Counted from the stretch's first letter, positions 1-12,719 are shown. The stretch: DNA of 64,000 nucleotides from Macrostomum hystrix (GCA_950097015.1 CATNEN010000039.1:10416001-10480000), one strand, 5' to 3'. Made by a program: numbers and translations. Notes: generated by a model from the sequence alone, not told the origin.

Positions 1-177
1 CTTCTACCTCTTTGAGTATTTTAATTGGTTTCTTCTACCTCTTTGAGTATTTTAACTAGTGTCTTCTACCTTAATTTATTGTTCCCATGGTGTCCTTCAC
101 CCCTATTTATTCGAGTGCTTTAATCTTGTCCGTGATTTCCAACTAATCACATGCACCGCCACCTTCCCACGCCGCAG

Positions 178-3100
178 AATACTACACCTGGCAGAATCCG
201 GCTGTGCAGTCCGGCTTCACCTTCTGCCAGTATCCGTTTGTGCTGAGCATCCAGGCCAAGCGGAGCATACTGCAGCGGGACAGCGAGACCCAGATGATCA
301 TCATGGCCAAGCGCAGCCTGGTGGCTGGCGTGGCCAAGCGCTCCCAGCCCAGCATGGATATGCTCTTTCTAAACATCAGCGTCAGGCGCAGCCACCTAGT
401 TGCCGACTCAATGCGCCAGATATCCGCCAAGCAGAAGGATTTAAAAAAGAAGCTGCGCGTTACATTCGAAGGCGAAGCTGGCTTAGATATGGGCGGCCTG
501 ACCAAGGAGTGGTTCCTGCTGCTGGTGCGATCCGTGTTCCAGACCAACAGTGGCCTGTTCACCTACAATGCCAGGTAAAAACTTTGAGGCCTTATATCCT
601 CCACCCCCACATAATTATTTCTGTCCCTTTATTGATTATTTTCTATATAGGCTTCAATGAGTTTAAATGACGTATTTGGGGCGCAGCCGCGGAGAGAATG
701 CTCAATCACGCCATTGCGGGCAGATATGCACGCCAGTGTGTGAGTGTGTGCTCAGGAGTCAGCGGAATGGGCAGAACTGCCTCTTCGCTGGCTGCTGGTC
801 TAGTGTCACTAAATGATGTGCCATTGCCCGCAGCCCTCTTGTAAATGTTTTATCATTATTATAATGGGCTTCAATTAAATGGATGCCTTTATGACCCAGG
901 GATCAAAGTTGCACAGTCGAGTTTCAAATTAAGAGCAATTAAAACAAATGAATCATTATTCTACAAGAAATTTGAAAATATCACAAACTGTTCAAAAGTT
1001 ATGCCTCCTTAACTGCAGTGGGGTACTGCATCTCAATACATAAACAGGAGCTTGAACTAAACTACAATTTTGAAATCTCAAAGAAATTAACCTAATTTGA
1101 ACTTGTGCGCAAAATCTCTAGCGTCATCACTTTCTATATCTATGGTAAAACGTTCATTTGTGAGGACTGAGGACGACATTTGAACTTTTTTGAAAGAGAC
1201 CTGACCTTCTGTTTCCTGTCGCTCCATATGCAGCCTCCATGTTCTTGTTCATGTATTGAGATGCAGTACCCCACTGCAGTTAAGGAGGCATAGCTTTTGA
1301 ACAGTTTGTGATATTTTCAAAATTCTTTAACTGTGAAAAGTTATGTGAAAAGTCCTAAGACTTTTTGTACACCCCTCGTACATGGTTTTAGTGTTCCCTA
1401 ATGCGGTCCAGTCTATGGACATGTGTACATATCGCTGTGCAACTCCCAATGTCAACTGAAACAAACCTTCCAGATCTCGCTGCTACTGGTTCAGTCTGGC
1501 GCCCAAGGATAACCTGCAGGAGTACTATTTGATTGGCGCCCTGATGGGCCTAGCCGTGTACAACTGCATCAATCTGGACGTGCGCTTTCCGTCAATCTGC
1601 TACAAGAAGCTTCTAAGCCCCAGCGTTGTTCCATCGGCGATTGCCACCACGCAGGTTGGCGTCTGTCCCGTCACCCTGGCAGACCTGCGCGAGGCAATGC
1701 CTGACCTGGCCAACGGCCTAAACGAAATGCTTCGTCATCCTGGCGACGTTGCCGAAGATTTCGGCGCCACCTTCGAAGTGGCCTACAACGACGGCGCCGG
1801 AAAGAATCGAACGGCGGAATTGAAACCCGATGGTAAAAATATCGCCGTCACCAATGCCAACAGACAAGAGTACGTCTCTATGTACTGCGATTTCCTGCTC
1901 AACAAAGGCGTTTATAGCAAGTTTCGCAGCTTCTATTTGGGATTCCATCAGGTGTGCGCCAGCAATGCCCTGATCCTTCTGCGGCCAGAGGAGGTGAGTT
2001 TTTTAGTATTAGTTTAGTTTTGTCTATTGTTGATTTGCCAATGATTTAGCTAAATTGATTTTTATCGGCCTCATTGATTTCAATTTTTTTCTCAGTCTTT
2101 TACTTTTAAGATGGATTATATTTAGTAGAGAGATTATAGTTAAAGCGGTTATTGCTATTATTGTTTGATATGGGATTTCACATCTATGATTTCTAGATAT
2201 GGGATTTCACATCTATGACTCCTAGATATGGGATTTCACATCTATGATTCCTAGATATGGGATTTCACATCTATGATTCCTAGATATGGGATTTCACATC
2301 TATGATTCCTAGATATGGGATTTCACATCTATGATTCCTAGATATGGGATTTCACATCTATGATTCCTAGATATGGGATTTCACATCTATGATTTCTAGA
2401 TATGGGATTTCACATCTATGATTTCTAGAAATGGGATTTCACATCTATGGTTCCTAGATATGGGATTTCACATCTATGATTCCTAGATATGGGATTTCAC
2501 ATCTATGATTTCTAGATATGGGATTTCACATCTATGATTTCTAGAAATGGGATTTCACATCTATGATTTCTAGATATGGGATTTCACATCAATGATTCCT
2601 AGATATGGGATTTCACATCTATGATTCCTAGATATGGGATTTCACAGTTATGATTCCTAGATATGGGATTTCACATCTATGATTCCTAGATATGGGATTT
2701 CACATCTATGATTCCTAGATATGGGATTTCACATCTATGATTCCTAGATACAGGATTTCACAGCTGTATCCTAGATAAATGAGATTTCACCCTTTCCCAT
2801 AATCCAAAATCGTATATTTAAGGAACCTATATTTCCAAGAATCCTTAATATTACATGTCTTTAGCTACTTGTGTTTCTCAGAATTTTGGTTAGATTTTTT
2901 ATATAGGCTTTTATAAGCACACATCCTTAAGTATTTCAGAAAACAATTCTTTTCATAGGGTTTTACACGCATGTTGATTTTAGTTTCCAGGAAAATAGGT
3001 TGTGTTTCTGAAAGAATGAGTACTCTTTCACTTAAACCCGTCTGCATCAGGTTGAACACCTGGTCTGCGGCTCGCCTAAATTCGATTTCAACGAACTGCG

Positions 3101-3410
3101 CAAAGTTACTGTCTACGATGGCTACAGGCCGAACGACGCCCAGGTGAAATGGTTCTGGGATATCGCCATCAACCTGGAACCGGCTAAGCAGGCAGCCCTG
3201 CTGCTGTTCATCACTGGCAGCGATCGGATCCCAGTTGGCGGCATGTCCGAGATGCAGATGAAAATTGTTCGCGTTAATCGGGTTGAAATGCTGCCAATTG
3301 CGCACACCTGCTTCAACCAGATCATGCTGCCAACCTACAAGACTAAGGCTGTGCTCACCGAGCGGCTACTATTGGCCATAGACAACTCGGAGGGCTTCGG
3401 ACTCGAGTGA
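178..3410 (+). CDS. HECTD2: HECT-domain E3 ubiquitin ligase, HECTD2-like (3' part; exons 178-574, 1474-1993, 3051-3410)
   Basis: Spliced frame reads YYTWQN..FCQYPF..QRDSETQM..KKKLRVTFEGEAGLDMGGLTKEWF / RSRCYWF..GLAVYN..FP..YKKLL / VEHLVCG..FITGSDRIP..LPIAHTCFNQIMLP..EGFGLE*, with the catalytic HTCFN motif. GT-AG boundaries are phase-consistent. The 5' exons lie upstream of the window. Confidence 0.92.
675..840 (+). mobile_element. SINE family A, internally deleted copy
   Basis: Shares tttggggcgcagccg and gtgtgctcaggagtcagcggaatgggcagaa..cctcttcgctggctgc..tctagtgtcact with the copies at 27915-28260 and 45112-45440. Confidence 0.75.
968..1380. mobile_element. MITE/Tc1-mariner-like remnant with a ~85-bp inverted repeat, in a HECTD2 intron
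   Basis: 968-1056 (ttgaaaatatcacaaactgttcaaaag..ttaactgcagtggggtactgcatctcaatacat) is near-perfectly inverted at 1240-1326. The region ends in acccctcgta, like the mariner terminus at 54386-54393. Confidence 0.6.
2165..2762. repeat. 29-bp minisatellite (gatatgggatttcacatctatgattccta)n in a HECTD2 intron
   Basis: About 20 tandem near-identical units. Confidence 0.95.
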
Positions 3411-4340
3411 AAATTCGCTTGCGTGCCGAGACAGAACTGTAGCTTTTAATATAGTGTTTGAAATGTGTCTGAAATGTTTCTTGTAGCATTCCTAAACCAG
3501 CTATCTTAATTGCTTCTTGATTAATTCAACGATTTGTAAGCGTAGGCGAAAAAGTAACGATTTAATATCTAGAGTCTATAGTCAGAAATTACCGATAAGA
3601 TCTGGTGGATAAAAAATGAAATAATCTAGCGACCAGTTTAACGATTTAATCAAGCGAACTATTTAGCGATACAATTTAGCGACATAATTAACGCTTTAAT
3701 CTAGCGAGAAATTTACGATTGAATCTGGCGATCAATTTAACGATTCAATCTAGCAACCAGTTTAACTATTAAATAAAGATAATTTTTAACGATTTATTAT
3801 AACGAATATTATGGCGATTCTATCTGGCGACTAAATTAACGATTTAAACTAGCGTCAAGTAGAATGATATAATGATCTTGAGAAAAAGAAAGCATCAATG
3901 AATTCGTATCTGTCGCTGTTTTTTTAAGTAATGCGTTGTGTGTCTGTACAGTCTGTACAAGACTATGATTTCCCTTTGTGTCTTCTATTCTCTAGTCTCC
4001 TCTTTCTGTTAGCGTGAAAAGCTTAAAATTTTTACTCTCGTCGTATTTTTAACGCTCTCTGTTATTTCATTAACAAAAATAGACATTGAAAATTATGTCT
4101 CAAAAACTACAGCTGTCCTTTAATCCGTCCCTTCAGTCTAGTCAAAAGCCACATCAATATACTTTTACACTACTTGTCTATAAAGTTGTCAGGGCGATTG
4201 TTAATTGCTTGTTATATACTTTTTTATTCATAATATGGTCTATTTTCTTTCCTACTTTAAGCAGTTAAAGGCCTTATTTTTATTACTGTCATTCCGCTCT
4301 TTTTTAGTAATTTTTAGTTGTGAATATTTACAATCTCATT

Positions 4341-5343
4341 CTAGAGTGACTCTTCATCAACACTCCCTCACTAGAGTGACTCTTCATCAACACTCCCTCA
4401 CTAGAGTGACTCTTGATCAACACTGCCTCACTAGAGTGACTCTTGATCAACACTGCCTCACTAGAGTGACTCTTCATCAACACTCCCTCACTAGAGTGAC
4501 TCTTGATCAACACTGCCTCACTAGAGTGACTCTTCATCAACACTGCCTCACTAGAGTGACTCTTCATCAACACTGCCTCACTAGAGTGACTCTTGATCAA
4601 CACTCCCTCACTGGAGGGACTCTTGATCAACACTCCCTCACTAGAGTGACTCTTCATCAACACTCCCTCACTAGAGTGACTCTTCATCAACACTCCCTCA
4701 CTAGAGTGACTCTTCATCAACACTCCCTCACTAGAGTGACTCTTGATCAACACTGCCTCACTAGAGTGACTCTTCATCAACACTGCCTCACTAGAGTGAC
4801 TCTTCATCAACACTGCCTCACTAGAGTGACTCTTGATCAACACTCCCTCACTGGAGGGACTCTTGATCAACACTCCCTCACTAGAGTGACTCTTCATCAA
4901 CACTGCCTCACTAGAGTGACTCTTCATCAACACTCTCTCACTAGAGTGACTCTTCATCAACACTCCCTCACTAGAGTGACTCTTGATCAACACTGCCTCA
5001 CTAGAGTGACTCTTCATCAACACTGCCTCACTAGAGTGACTCTTCATCAACACTGCCTCACTAGAGTGACTCTTGATCAACACTCCCTCACTGGAGGGAC
5101 TCTTGATCAACACTCCCTCACTAGAGTGACTCTTCATCAACACTGCCTCACTAGAGTGACTCTTCATCAACACTCTCTCACTAGAGTGACTCTTGATCAA
5201 CACTGCCTCACTAGAGTGACTCTTCATCAACACTGCCTCACTAGAGTGACTCTTCATCAACACTGCCTCACTAGAGTGACTCTTCATCAACACTGCCTCG
5301 CTAGAGTGACTCTTCATCAACACTGCCTCGCTAGAGTGACTCA
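4341..5343. repeat. 30-bp minisatellite (ctagagtgactcttcatcaacactscctca)n
   Basis: About 33 tandem units. The ctggagggac variant recurs every 240 bp. Confidence 0.97.
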
Positions 5344-5624
5344 TAATCCCTCTCTTTCAGTGTCACTACTGAAAATCAAATTCGTTCTTGGTAATTTTTT
5401 TCTGCCTGTGTTGTTGCTTTTATGTTTATTTTTGTGCCTGTCGTAAAAAATTACCAGACCTCTTTCTTGGTTTTTTTCTGTTTTTTCACTGTCTTTGTTT
5501 TTGTCAGACCTCTTCACACAGTTTATATTGATTAACTGTATAAGTACACTGTAAAAAGCCTAGATTAAGTCAAAGTGGCATTGCCAATTTACAAGCCTTA
5601 CGCTTCGTCTCTAACTTTGGGGGG

Positions 5625-5875
5625 TTGGCTGTGGCAGAGGTCCCGAGCTCGATTCCGCGCGGCGAAGCAGCTGCAGAGAGAAGGAATAGATGCTTGTGCA
5701 ATTTACGTTCTTGAGGACCAACCTCCAAGATACTGTGAAGGCACACTGCATAACGATGCGATAGTCAGTGCTGGTGTACACACTTGCGTATGTACTCAAG
5801 AGTCAGCGAAATGATCATACAGAATTACCGCCTAGCTAGCTGTTGCTAAGTAATGTGTCGCGCCCACGGCCCCTT
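5625..5875 (+). mobile_element. SINE family A, diverged copy
   Basis: gtggcagag..gagctcgattccgc head, then ccaacctccaa..cacactg..gtgtacacac..ctcaagagtcagcgaaatg body. Confidence 0.65.
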
Positions 5876-5992
5876 GCGTTTGATTTTGAATACTTGTTTA
5901 CCAGTTTATTGATTAATTTAGAAAGTTATCAATAAGAATGGTGACCTACAGTTGCAGTGACAAGGCTTATTAATTGAGACTACTAGAAAGGC

Positions 5993-6886
5993 ATGTCTAG
6001 CTCCATGGAAACCGTCAAATCGGAGGACAACGACGCCATCAGGAATAAAGAGAATTTCAAGACCGATCGATTGGTTGCCAAGACCCAATCGAGGCAGCGG
6101 CGTAGGGCCACCCTGACTGCAAAGGAGCTGCGGCCTCTCAGCTTGGCTGACTCCGACATAGACTCAAATGAGAACAAGCAGAAACAGCCGCAGCAGCAGC
6201 AACACAAGCAGAAGCAAGAGAGGCGTCGTTCCACATCTTTACTAAACGGCTTGGATCCTTCAAACATCATCCTGGGCGAATGGTCGGCCAACAGCTCAGC
6301 CGCTGGTCGGGCACCGTCGCCCACCTCGCCAGCCGAGTCGCAGATTCAGCGAGCCAACGCTTTGTCAGCCGAATTAGATCGAATATTCGACAAGTCCGCG
6401 GCGCCCAGCCTGAGGCGCAGTCTGCGTAGAAAGTCTTTCTCAATTAGTTTGTCTGCTACTACTAACAGTAGCAGCGCCTCAAATGCCTCGACTACTGGAA
6501 AGAGTTACGCCACCTCGTCTGCTGGTCAGGAATCATCGTCCGCAGCCGCAGTCCAGGCCGCTGAGCTGCTCGATCCGGCCCTGGTGCAGCTGTACAAGCA
6601 GCAGGGCACCTACAAGCCGCCGCAGCCAACTGGCCTAGGCACAATTCCAGAGGTTTCGGCCAATAATCGCGCCCTGCCGTCGACTAGTCGGCGAAGATTT
6701 ATCGATTTCGACTCGCCGGCCAGGCAGAGCCAGAAAGATCGCAGCCGCGGTCGGAAGGCATTTAAATTCATGGCCGCTGTTAGGCCGAAGTCCTCCAGAG
6801 CCGCAGCCGCCTCAGCTCCGGCTCCCATGGATATGGACGAGTTCAAAGCCTATATTGATGGACTAAATTTGATGAGCGACCGATGA
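5993..6886 (+). CDS. Intronless 297-aa protein with a C-terminal Tantalus/PRR14-like motif
   Basis: Coding-like ORF. The segment LYKQQGTYKPPQPTGLGTIPE..SRRRFIDFDSPARQSQKDRSRGRKA resembles the Tantalus domain pattern (LY..YK.P..LETIFE..RR..F.D..R.RG). Family assignment is by eye. Confidence 0.7.
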   Translation: MSSSMETVKSEDNDAIRNKENFKTDRLVAKTQSRQRRRATLTAKELRPLSLADSDIDSNENKQKQPQQQQHKQKQERRRSTSLLNGLDPSNIILGEWSANSSAAGRAPSPTSPAESQIQRANALSAELDRIFDKSAAPSLRRSLRRKSFSISLSATTNSSSASNASTTGKSYATSSAGQESSSAAAVQAAELLDPALVQLYKQQGTYKPPQPTGLGTIPEVSANNRALPSTSRRRFIDFDSPARQSQKDRSRGRKAFKFMAAVRPKSSRAAAASAPAPMDMDEFKAYIDGLNLMSDR

Positions 6887-7498
6887 ACCAATCCTGGTGC
6901 TTTGCTCCGCCGAATTCACCAAACAAATATCCAGAAATTATTTCAATTTGATCTGCATTTTTAGTACAGATTGAAGCCCGTATCACTTAGAACCAAAGCG
7001 CTGAAATTATTTTTATATCCTGTATTATCTTGCGAATCAAAGCAAAGCTCCGTGTAAAATTGTATTTGCTCACCTAAAATTGATATTCCAGCTCCACCTA
7101 GTTTGAAAGCCTTGTATCAAATTTTAAAATCGATTCATAGTGAGAGAGAACCAGTCGCAGAAAATCTAATCGGAAAAATACATATTTTTGCATTTTTTAA
7201 GCACAAACAACTGTGAGCATGATTATTTTTTAGTTTGTCCTCTGCTTACATGCGGCAATTGATGCTTTAGCTAGTTAAGGCAGTAATATTAGTGAGTGAA
7301 TGACCGTGTACTATATTAAAATATATGCAACAGCCTGTAACAGCTGACTTCGCCCAGTCGGTGATGAACGATTTTTTAAGTATTTTTTTTACAGTTTCAC
7401 TACTCTGGTGTTCTGCTCTTCAAATTACGTTGTCGCAATTGTTGGGTTTTTTAGTTAGGTTTTTGTATCTGTTCGTGGTAAGCTAAGTACGACTAATG

Positions 7499-8070
7499 TT
7501 TCTCAATCGACTCAAACACTTTTCAATGGACTCAAACACTTCTCAATCGACTCAAACACTTTTCAATCGACTCAAACACTTCTCAATCGACTCAAACACT
7601 TTTCAATCGACTCAAACACTTCTCAATCGACTCAAACACTTTTCAATCGACTCAAACACTTCTCAATCGACTCAAACACTTTTCAATCGACTCAAACACT
7701 TCTCAATCGACTCAAACACTTTTCAATCGACTCAAACACTTCTCAATCGACTCAAACACTTTTCAATCGACTCAAACACTTCTCAATCGACTCAAACACT
7801 TTTCAATCGACTCAAACACTTCTCAATCGACTCAAACACTTCTCAATCGACTCAAATACTTCTCAATCGACTCAAACACTTCTCTAACGACTCAAACACT
7901 TCTCAATCGACTCAAACACTTCTCAATCGACTCAAACACTAACGACTAACGACTAACACTCAAACGACTCAAACACTCCCTATCGACTCTAATACTTCTC
8001 TAACGTCTCAAACGTTACTCTATCGACTCAAACGCTTTTCTAACGAGTCAAACGCTTCTCTATCGACTGT
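7499..8070. repeat. 20-bp minisatellite (tytcaatcgactcaaacact)n
   Basis: About 22 clean units, then degenerate copies. The aacgcttctctaacgactca-like variant is shared with the 17680-18740 array. Confidence 0.95.
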
Positions 8071-8074
8071 TTAT

Positions 8075-8205
8075 TTTTTATAGCTGGGTTAACTGAAGCA
8101 CTAAGGGAATTGAGTGTCTTACTTAACGACAAATAGTTCATTTTGTCTGAGATTAGATCTCATGACCTCTCGATCGAAAGTACAAAGCTCTAACCACTGG
8201 GACAT
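8075..8205 (-). mobile_element. SINE family B (tRNA head plus CORE-like segment), diverged
   Basis: Reverse complement reads cagtggttagagc..tgcttcagttaacccagctataaaa, matching 39648-39930. Confidence 0.6.
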
Positions 8206-8312
8206 GACGGAAAAATTGCAATAAATTTCCAGGTTTATTAGAGAACAAAGCGGAGCAGCCTTCAATTTTCAAGTACAATTAAATCTAAGGAAATCAGACA
8301 ACTTCAAAGACA

Positions 8313-8837
8313 ATGTCCGGAGACACTAAAACTGCCGCCATTCCGCCAGCCGTGATGTGGGCCCAGCGGAAGGACAAACTGTACGTCACCATCTGTCTGG
8401 AGGATGTGCAGAACAAGAAGCTGGAACTCACCGAAAAGCAGCTGGTGTTCAGCGGCACCGGCGGAACCGACCGAAAGCCGCACGCTGTCACCATCGACTT
8501 TCACAAGGAGGTCAATCCGGAGGAGAGCAAACAGCTGATCACAGACCGCGAGATTGTCATGAGCATCAAGAAGAAAGAGGCCGGACCCTACTGGCCCCGC
8601 CTGCTGTCCGACGGCACCAAGCGGCACTGGCTCAAGACGGACTTCAATCGCTGGCTAGACGAAGACGACTCCGACGAAGACATGGCGGCGAGGGAGAACA
8701 ATCTGGAGGAGATGATGGCCCGCATGGGCTCCGGCTTCGGCGGCGGCGACTCCGACCTGCCTTTGCCCGGCGACGACATTGGGGCCGACGAACCGGATCA
8801 TGACTCGGACGATGAGGACCTGCCGGATCTGGAGTAG
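8313..8837 (+). CDS. PTGES3: Hsp90 co-chaperone p23 / cytosolic prostaglandin E synthase 3
   Basis: PPAVMWAQR..LYVTI..YWPRLL..WLKTDFNRWLDEDDSDE..DSDDEDLPDLE: classic p23 motifs with an acidic tail. Intronless. Confidence 0.95.
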   Translation: MSGDTKTAAIPPAVMWAQRKDKLYVTICLEDVQNKKLELTEKQLVFSGTGGTDRKPHAVTIDFHKEVNPEESKQLITDREIVMSIKKKEAGPYWPRLLSDGTKRHWLKTDFNRWLDEDDSDEDMAARENNLEEMMARMGSGFGGGDSDLPLPGDDIGADEPDHDSDDEDLPDLE

Positions 8838-10064
8838 GAGCTGACGCCGGTGGCCGGGCTCAAATGCGGTAGGGAGAGCAGGGGAATCCGCTCGTAGAAG
8901 ATCAAATTTGAATTATTGCGACGAACAGTTTTGAGTGCAGGCCACAGTTTAATTAAAATAGCACCCATTCGTCATTGTGCGGTGTCATAATTGCTTACCC
9001 TGGAAAGTAACAAAATCAGGACGCAAGGATGATGGTGCATTTATGACAGGCAGAACTAATGAAATCAGACAGTCTGATCTCTTGTTTTCTTAATAAAAAT
9101 TTATTTGTTACAATTGTCTTCATTTTTCATTCTACAAGTCACCCTCATTCCCGCGTGAGTGTTTACACACTGTGCTTTAGTAGGCTTAGTTCTTATTTCT
9201 GCACTTTGTGACACAGTTACAAAATTTGTTTCGCGAACTATAAAGAATTTAGTTTTTTGTTATTTCTACCACTGTTTTAAGAAATTCGAACAACTTGCTC
9301 TACGGCTTAAAAACCGACCTGATAGTCTTTGTCAGTCAAGATTTTCGAACTCAGAAGCCCAGCATTACCAACTATGCTGCTCACAGTCTCTCACGGCATG
9401 GACACCTGTCTCCTGCTATACCATTATCAGCTGTGTCCGATAATTCTATTAGTATGAATAACGAAGCCTCTAATAACTGGCTTTAGTCGTTAATAAACAT
9501 ATTTTTTGGGCTCCATCCCTCTCTGCATCTCTCCCTGTACCCGGGCCTGCCTATTACTAGTTCATTATTATTATTGTTATTATTATGTCTGTTATAACTA
9601 CTAATAGAAACTATCTGCTACAAGCTTCTTACCGTTGAATTTTTATACGAATTTATTTTATTTACCGCAGTGAGTTCTCTAGAAAATTATTAAACAGAAG
9701 ACCTATTGGGCAGTTATATAATCCAGACATCAGTTTGTCATGCTTATTCTAACATCCAAAGCTAGCTATTCAATTCGCTACAGTTCTGTTATGTTTGAAT
9801 GCGTAATTGAACAGTCGGGAAGACCAACAATAGATGTTATGTTTGTGCTTCATTCTGTTCAGCTGTGTCGGCAACAAGAAGTAAACAGACTGTTAAATTG
9901 GGATTGCCATGTCTTCGCTTTGTTGGTGGACCATGTGTGGCTTGTTATTTATTTATTTAATAGACTAAACATAGCTATAGCCGGTTTTATTGCTCTAGGG
10001 AGTCTAGGTAAAAAATTAATTTTTGCAGAAGGGCTGCAGCTAATGTTTAAGGACTATCGTTTGG

Positions 10065-10345
10065 TGACAGTCGACCCGCAGCCAGCGAGGTGGCGATTTT
10101 GACCATTTCGCTGACTCCTGAGCACTCACTCACAGGTGTGTACATCTGTCCTAACTTTGTCATTGTCAGGCAGTGTACAATCTCACTGTGCCTTCGAGGT
10201 TGACCCTCAAGGGCGTCAATTGCACGAGAAGCCCGGCGGCCTTCTCTCCTCGGCTGCGCCCCTAATGATTGTGGCCTCGCCGCAAAATCGAGCTCAGGGA
10301 CCTTGGTGCGCGAGAGGCGAACGCGTTAGACCGTTCTGCCACTCA
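10065..10345 (-). mobile_element. SINE family A copy
   Basis: Aligns with 27915-28260 along its length (cccgcagccagcgagg..gctgactcctgagcac..gtcaggcagtgtaca..gttctgccac). Confidence 0.8.
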
Positions 10346-10732
10346 CCAGCCCCCCTAGCTCTACGTTATGTCTTCGGACTTTTTAACGATGATTTGAAGG
10401 TCGAGTCTTAGCTTTAGCCAAACACTTTATTCCCCATGAGCTTAAGTTGACACAACTAAGAAATTAGCTGCTAGAAATTGAGCTGACTTGAAGTCATTTA
10501 GTCGATTGGTGCATATGGTACGGTACAACTTGGTTAAATGTTTATCTACTTAGGTTATATTCAATTTCATAGAGGCGCCCATAATATTTGTAGATACGTA
10601 CACTCTAAAGGTCAATCGTTTGATAACAAATAGAGTACAAGTATAATGATTTGCACAGTGTTTTTTTCTGAATCGATTTATCGATTACTGTAGTTAGGTT
10701 GTTAAGTGCTTTTATTCAAAGCAGTAAATGTG

Positions 10733-12719
10733 TCAATCTTTAACGCCAGTGTCGTCCCACGGCCAACCTGCCCTAGCGCGACCAGCTGGCTGGAATTTTT
10801 TAGCCTCGAGTGGCGCTAATTGCCACCTGTCCGTCTGCATTTCGTCTTGCTGTTTAGGTTGAAGCTTGGAATTGTTTGTTCCGTGCTCGATTGTTGCGGC
10901 TTGCCAGCGACGGTTCCGCCGTTCGCTTTCAATTCTCTCCAACGGCTGTAATACAGCTGGCAGATGATCTGTTCCAGACTGCTGATCGTGCGGCGTCCGT
11001 TGAGGCAACCAAGTTGTCTCACCTTGAGTCGGTGTCGACCACATCCTGTTAAGTGGTCATAGAGGGGTCGCTCTGTCAGAGTCCGTATGACTTCTGGCAC
11101 TTCCAAACTTAGTGTCTGTCTTACTTGTGACACTTTCAAGCAAAAAAGTCCATCTAAGATCTAAGAATGTTAACTTAGTGTCTGTCTTACTTGTGACACT
11201 TTCAGGCAAAAAAGTCCATCTAAGATCTAAGAATGTTAACTTAGTGTCTGTGTCTTACTTGTGACACTTTCAAGCAAAAAAGTCCATCTGAGATCTAAGA
11301 ATGTTAACTTAGTGTCTGTCTTACTTGTGACACTTTCAAGCAAAAAAGTCCATCTAAGATCTAAGAATGTTAACTTAGTGTCTGTGTCTTACTTGTGACA
11401 CTTTCAAGCAAAAAAGTCCATCTGAGATCTAAGAATGTTAACTTAGTGTCTGTCTTACTTGTGACACTTTCAAGCAAAAAAGTCCATGTAAGATCTAAGA
11501 ATGTTAACTTAGTGTCTGTCTTACTTGTGACACTTTCAGGCAAAAAAGTCCATCTAAGATCTAAGAATGTTAACTTAGTGTCTGTGTCTTACTTCTGACA
11601 CTTTCAAGCAAAAAAGTCCATCTAAGATCTAAGAATGTTAACTTAGTGTCTGTGTCTTACTTGTGACACTTTCAAGCAAAAAAGTCCATCTGAGATCTAA
11701 GAATGTTAACTTAGTGTCTGTCTTACTTGTGACACTTTCAAGCAAAAAAGTCCATCTAAGATCTAAGAATGTTAACTTAGTGTCTGTCTTACTTGTGACA
11801 CTTTCAGGCAAAAAAGTCCATCTAAGATCTAAGAATGTTAACTTAGTGTCTGTGTCTTACTTGTGACACTTTCAAGCAAAAAAGTCCATCTGAGATCTAA
11901 GAATTTTAATACGAGCCGTACATTTTTGTGCCTTCCTGTGCTTTTTGCTCTCTTTTGCTCGTGTCGTAGCTTTTTAAAGCTTTCACATTCTTGGCGTAAA
12001 CACTTCATTGAAAACTGAAAAAATTTATCGTCTGGCCGCTCTTACATTGGAGGCTGCTGCTTCTTTAGCCGTTCGATTTGCTCGCCAAGGCTATTTGCGC
12101 TATTCTCTAGACGCTGCAGACTTGCTGACACGACTCGCTGTTTAGTCCACCATCCGTCGTCGTCAAAATAATCCAATGTTCTGCGCATAGTTGAATGCTC
12201 TATCGTGGCTAACGAAGGTGGGTAATAATACATTCTGCCTTCGTCTCTGCCGCTATTTGCTGCCAGACGTTTGAGACGATTGGCCAGATTAACCTGAGCA
12301 CAGCAGCGGCAACCCGACGTGTAGCTTCTATATTTTTCCTGTCTGAACTCCGGCTGCCGCTGCTGCTGCTGCTGTTGTTTCTGCGGACGAAGATACTCCA
12401 ACAGAAGTTTTTCGAGCCGATAATTGTCCATGCTTGCCGATAATTCCATTCGAGGCTCTGCCTGGAATAAAGCAATTAATTTATTTATTGCGATGTGCCA
12501 GATTTTTTAACTGTCTGGATGATACTTAAAAACTAATAGGGTCAGTCTTGTTACCTTAGCTAACCTGCCACCTTTTGCGCCTGCATCTGCGATGACTTCC
12601 GGGTCCCGGCTTGTAGTATTTAATCTTCTCTCGTCTAAACGTTTCATTTTAGTTTCAATAGCAACGGAGGAATGCTCATTAGAATTTCGTGGCTGCTCCG
12701 CTGCAGTTTGGGCTGTCAT
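10733..12719 (-). CDS. Putative ~324-aa orphan protein (exons 12719-12555, 12461-12046, 12002-11922, 11045-10733)
   Basis: Four segments join in frame through GT-AG introns (LAK|AEPRMELS; PPI|VYAKNVK; EGTKM|MWSTPTQ). The 66-bp array falls inside the third intron. No homology recognised. Confidence 0.45.
11107..11905. repeat. 66/68-bp minisatellite
   Basis: About 12 units of acttagtgtctgtcttacttgtgacactttcaagcaaaaaagtccatctaagatctaagaatgtta, with +tg length variants. Confidence 0.95.

Noticed and set aside
4205-5446. 413-aa and 338-aa ORFs on opposite strands
   Set aside because: Translations of a 30-bp tandem repeat with no unique coding flanks or splice context.
7496-7942. Repeat-derived ORFs here and at 11395, 11663, 17588, 30125-31159, 34572 and 42110-42672
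   Set aside because: All lie within minisatellites; the periodic peptides are artefacts.
11107-11905. CRISPR-like appearance, or a tandem micro-exon array (ttcttag..gtaaga on the minus strand)
   Set aside because: There are no unique spacers or cas genes and the context is eukaryotic. The putative micro-exon gives TGA in the frame needed to join the last exon, while skipping the whole array keeps the frame.
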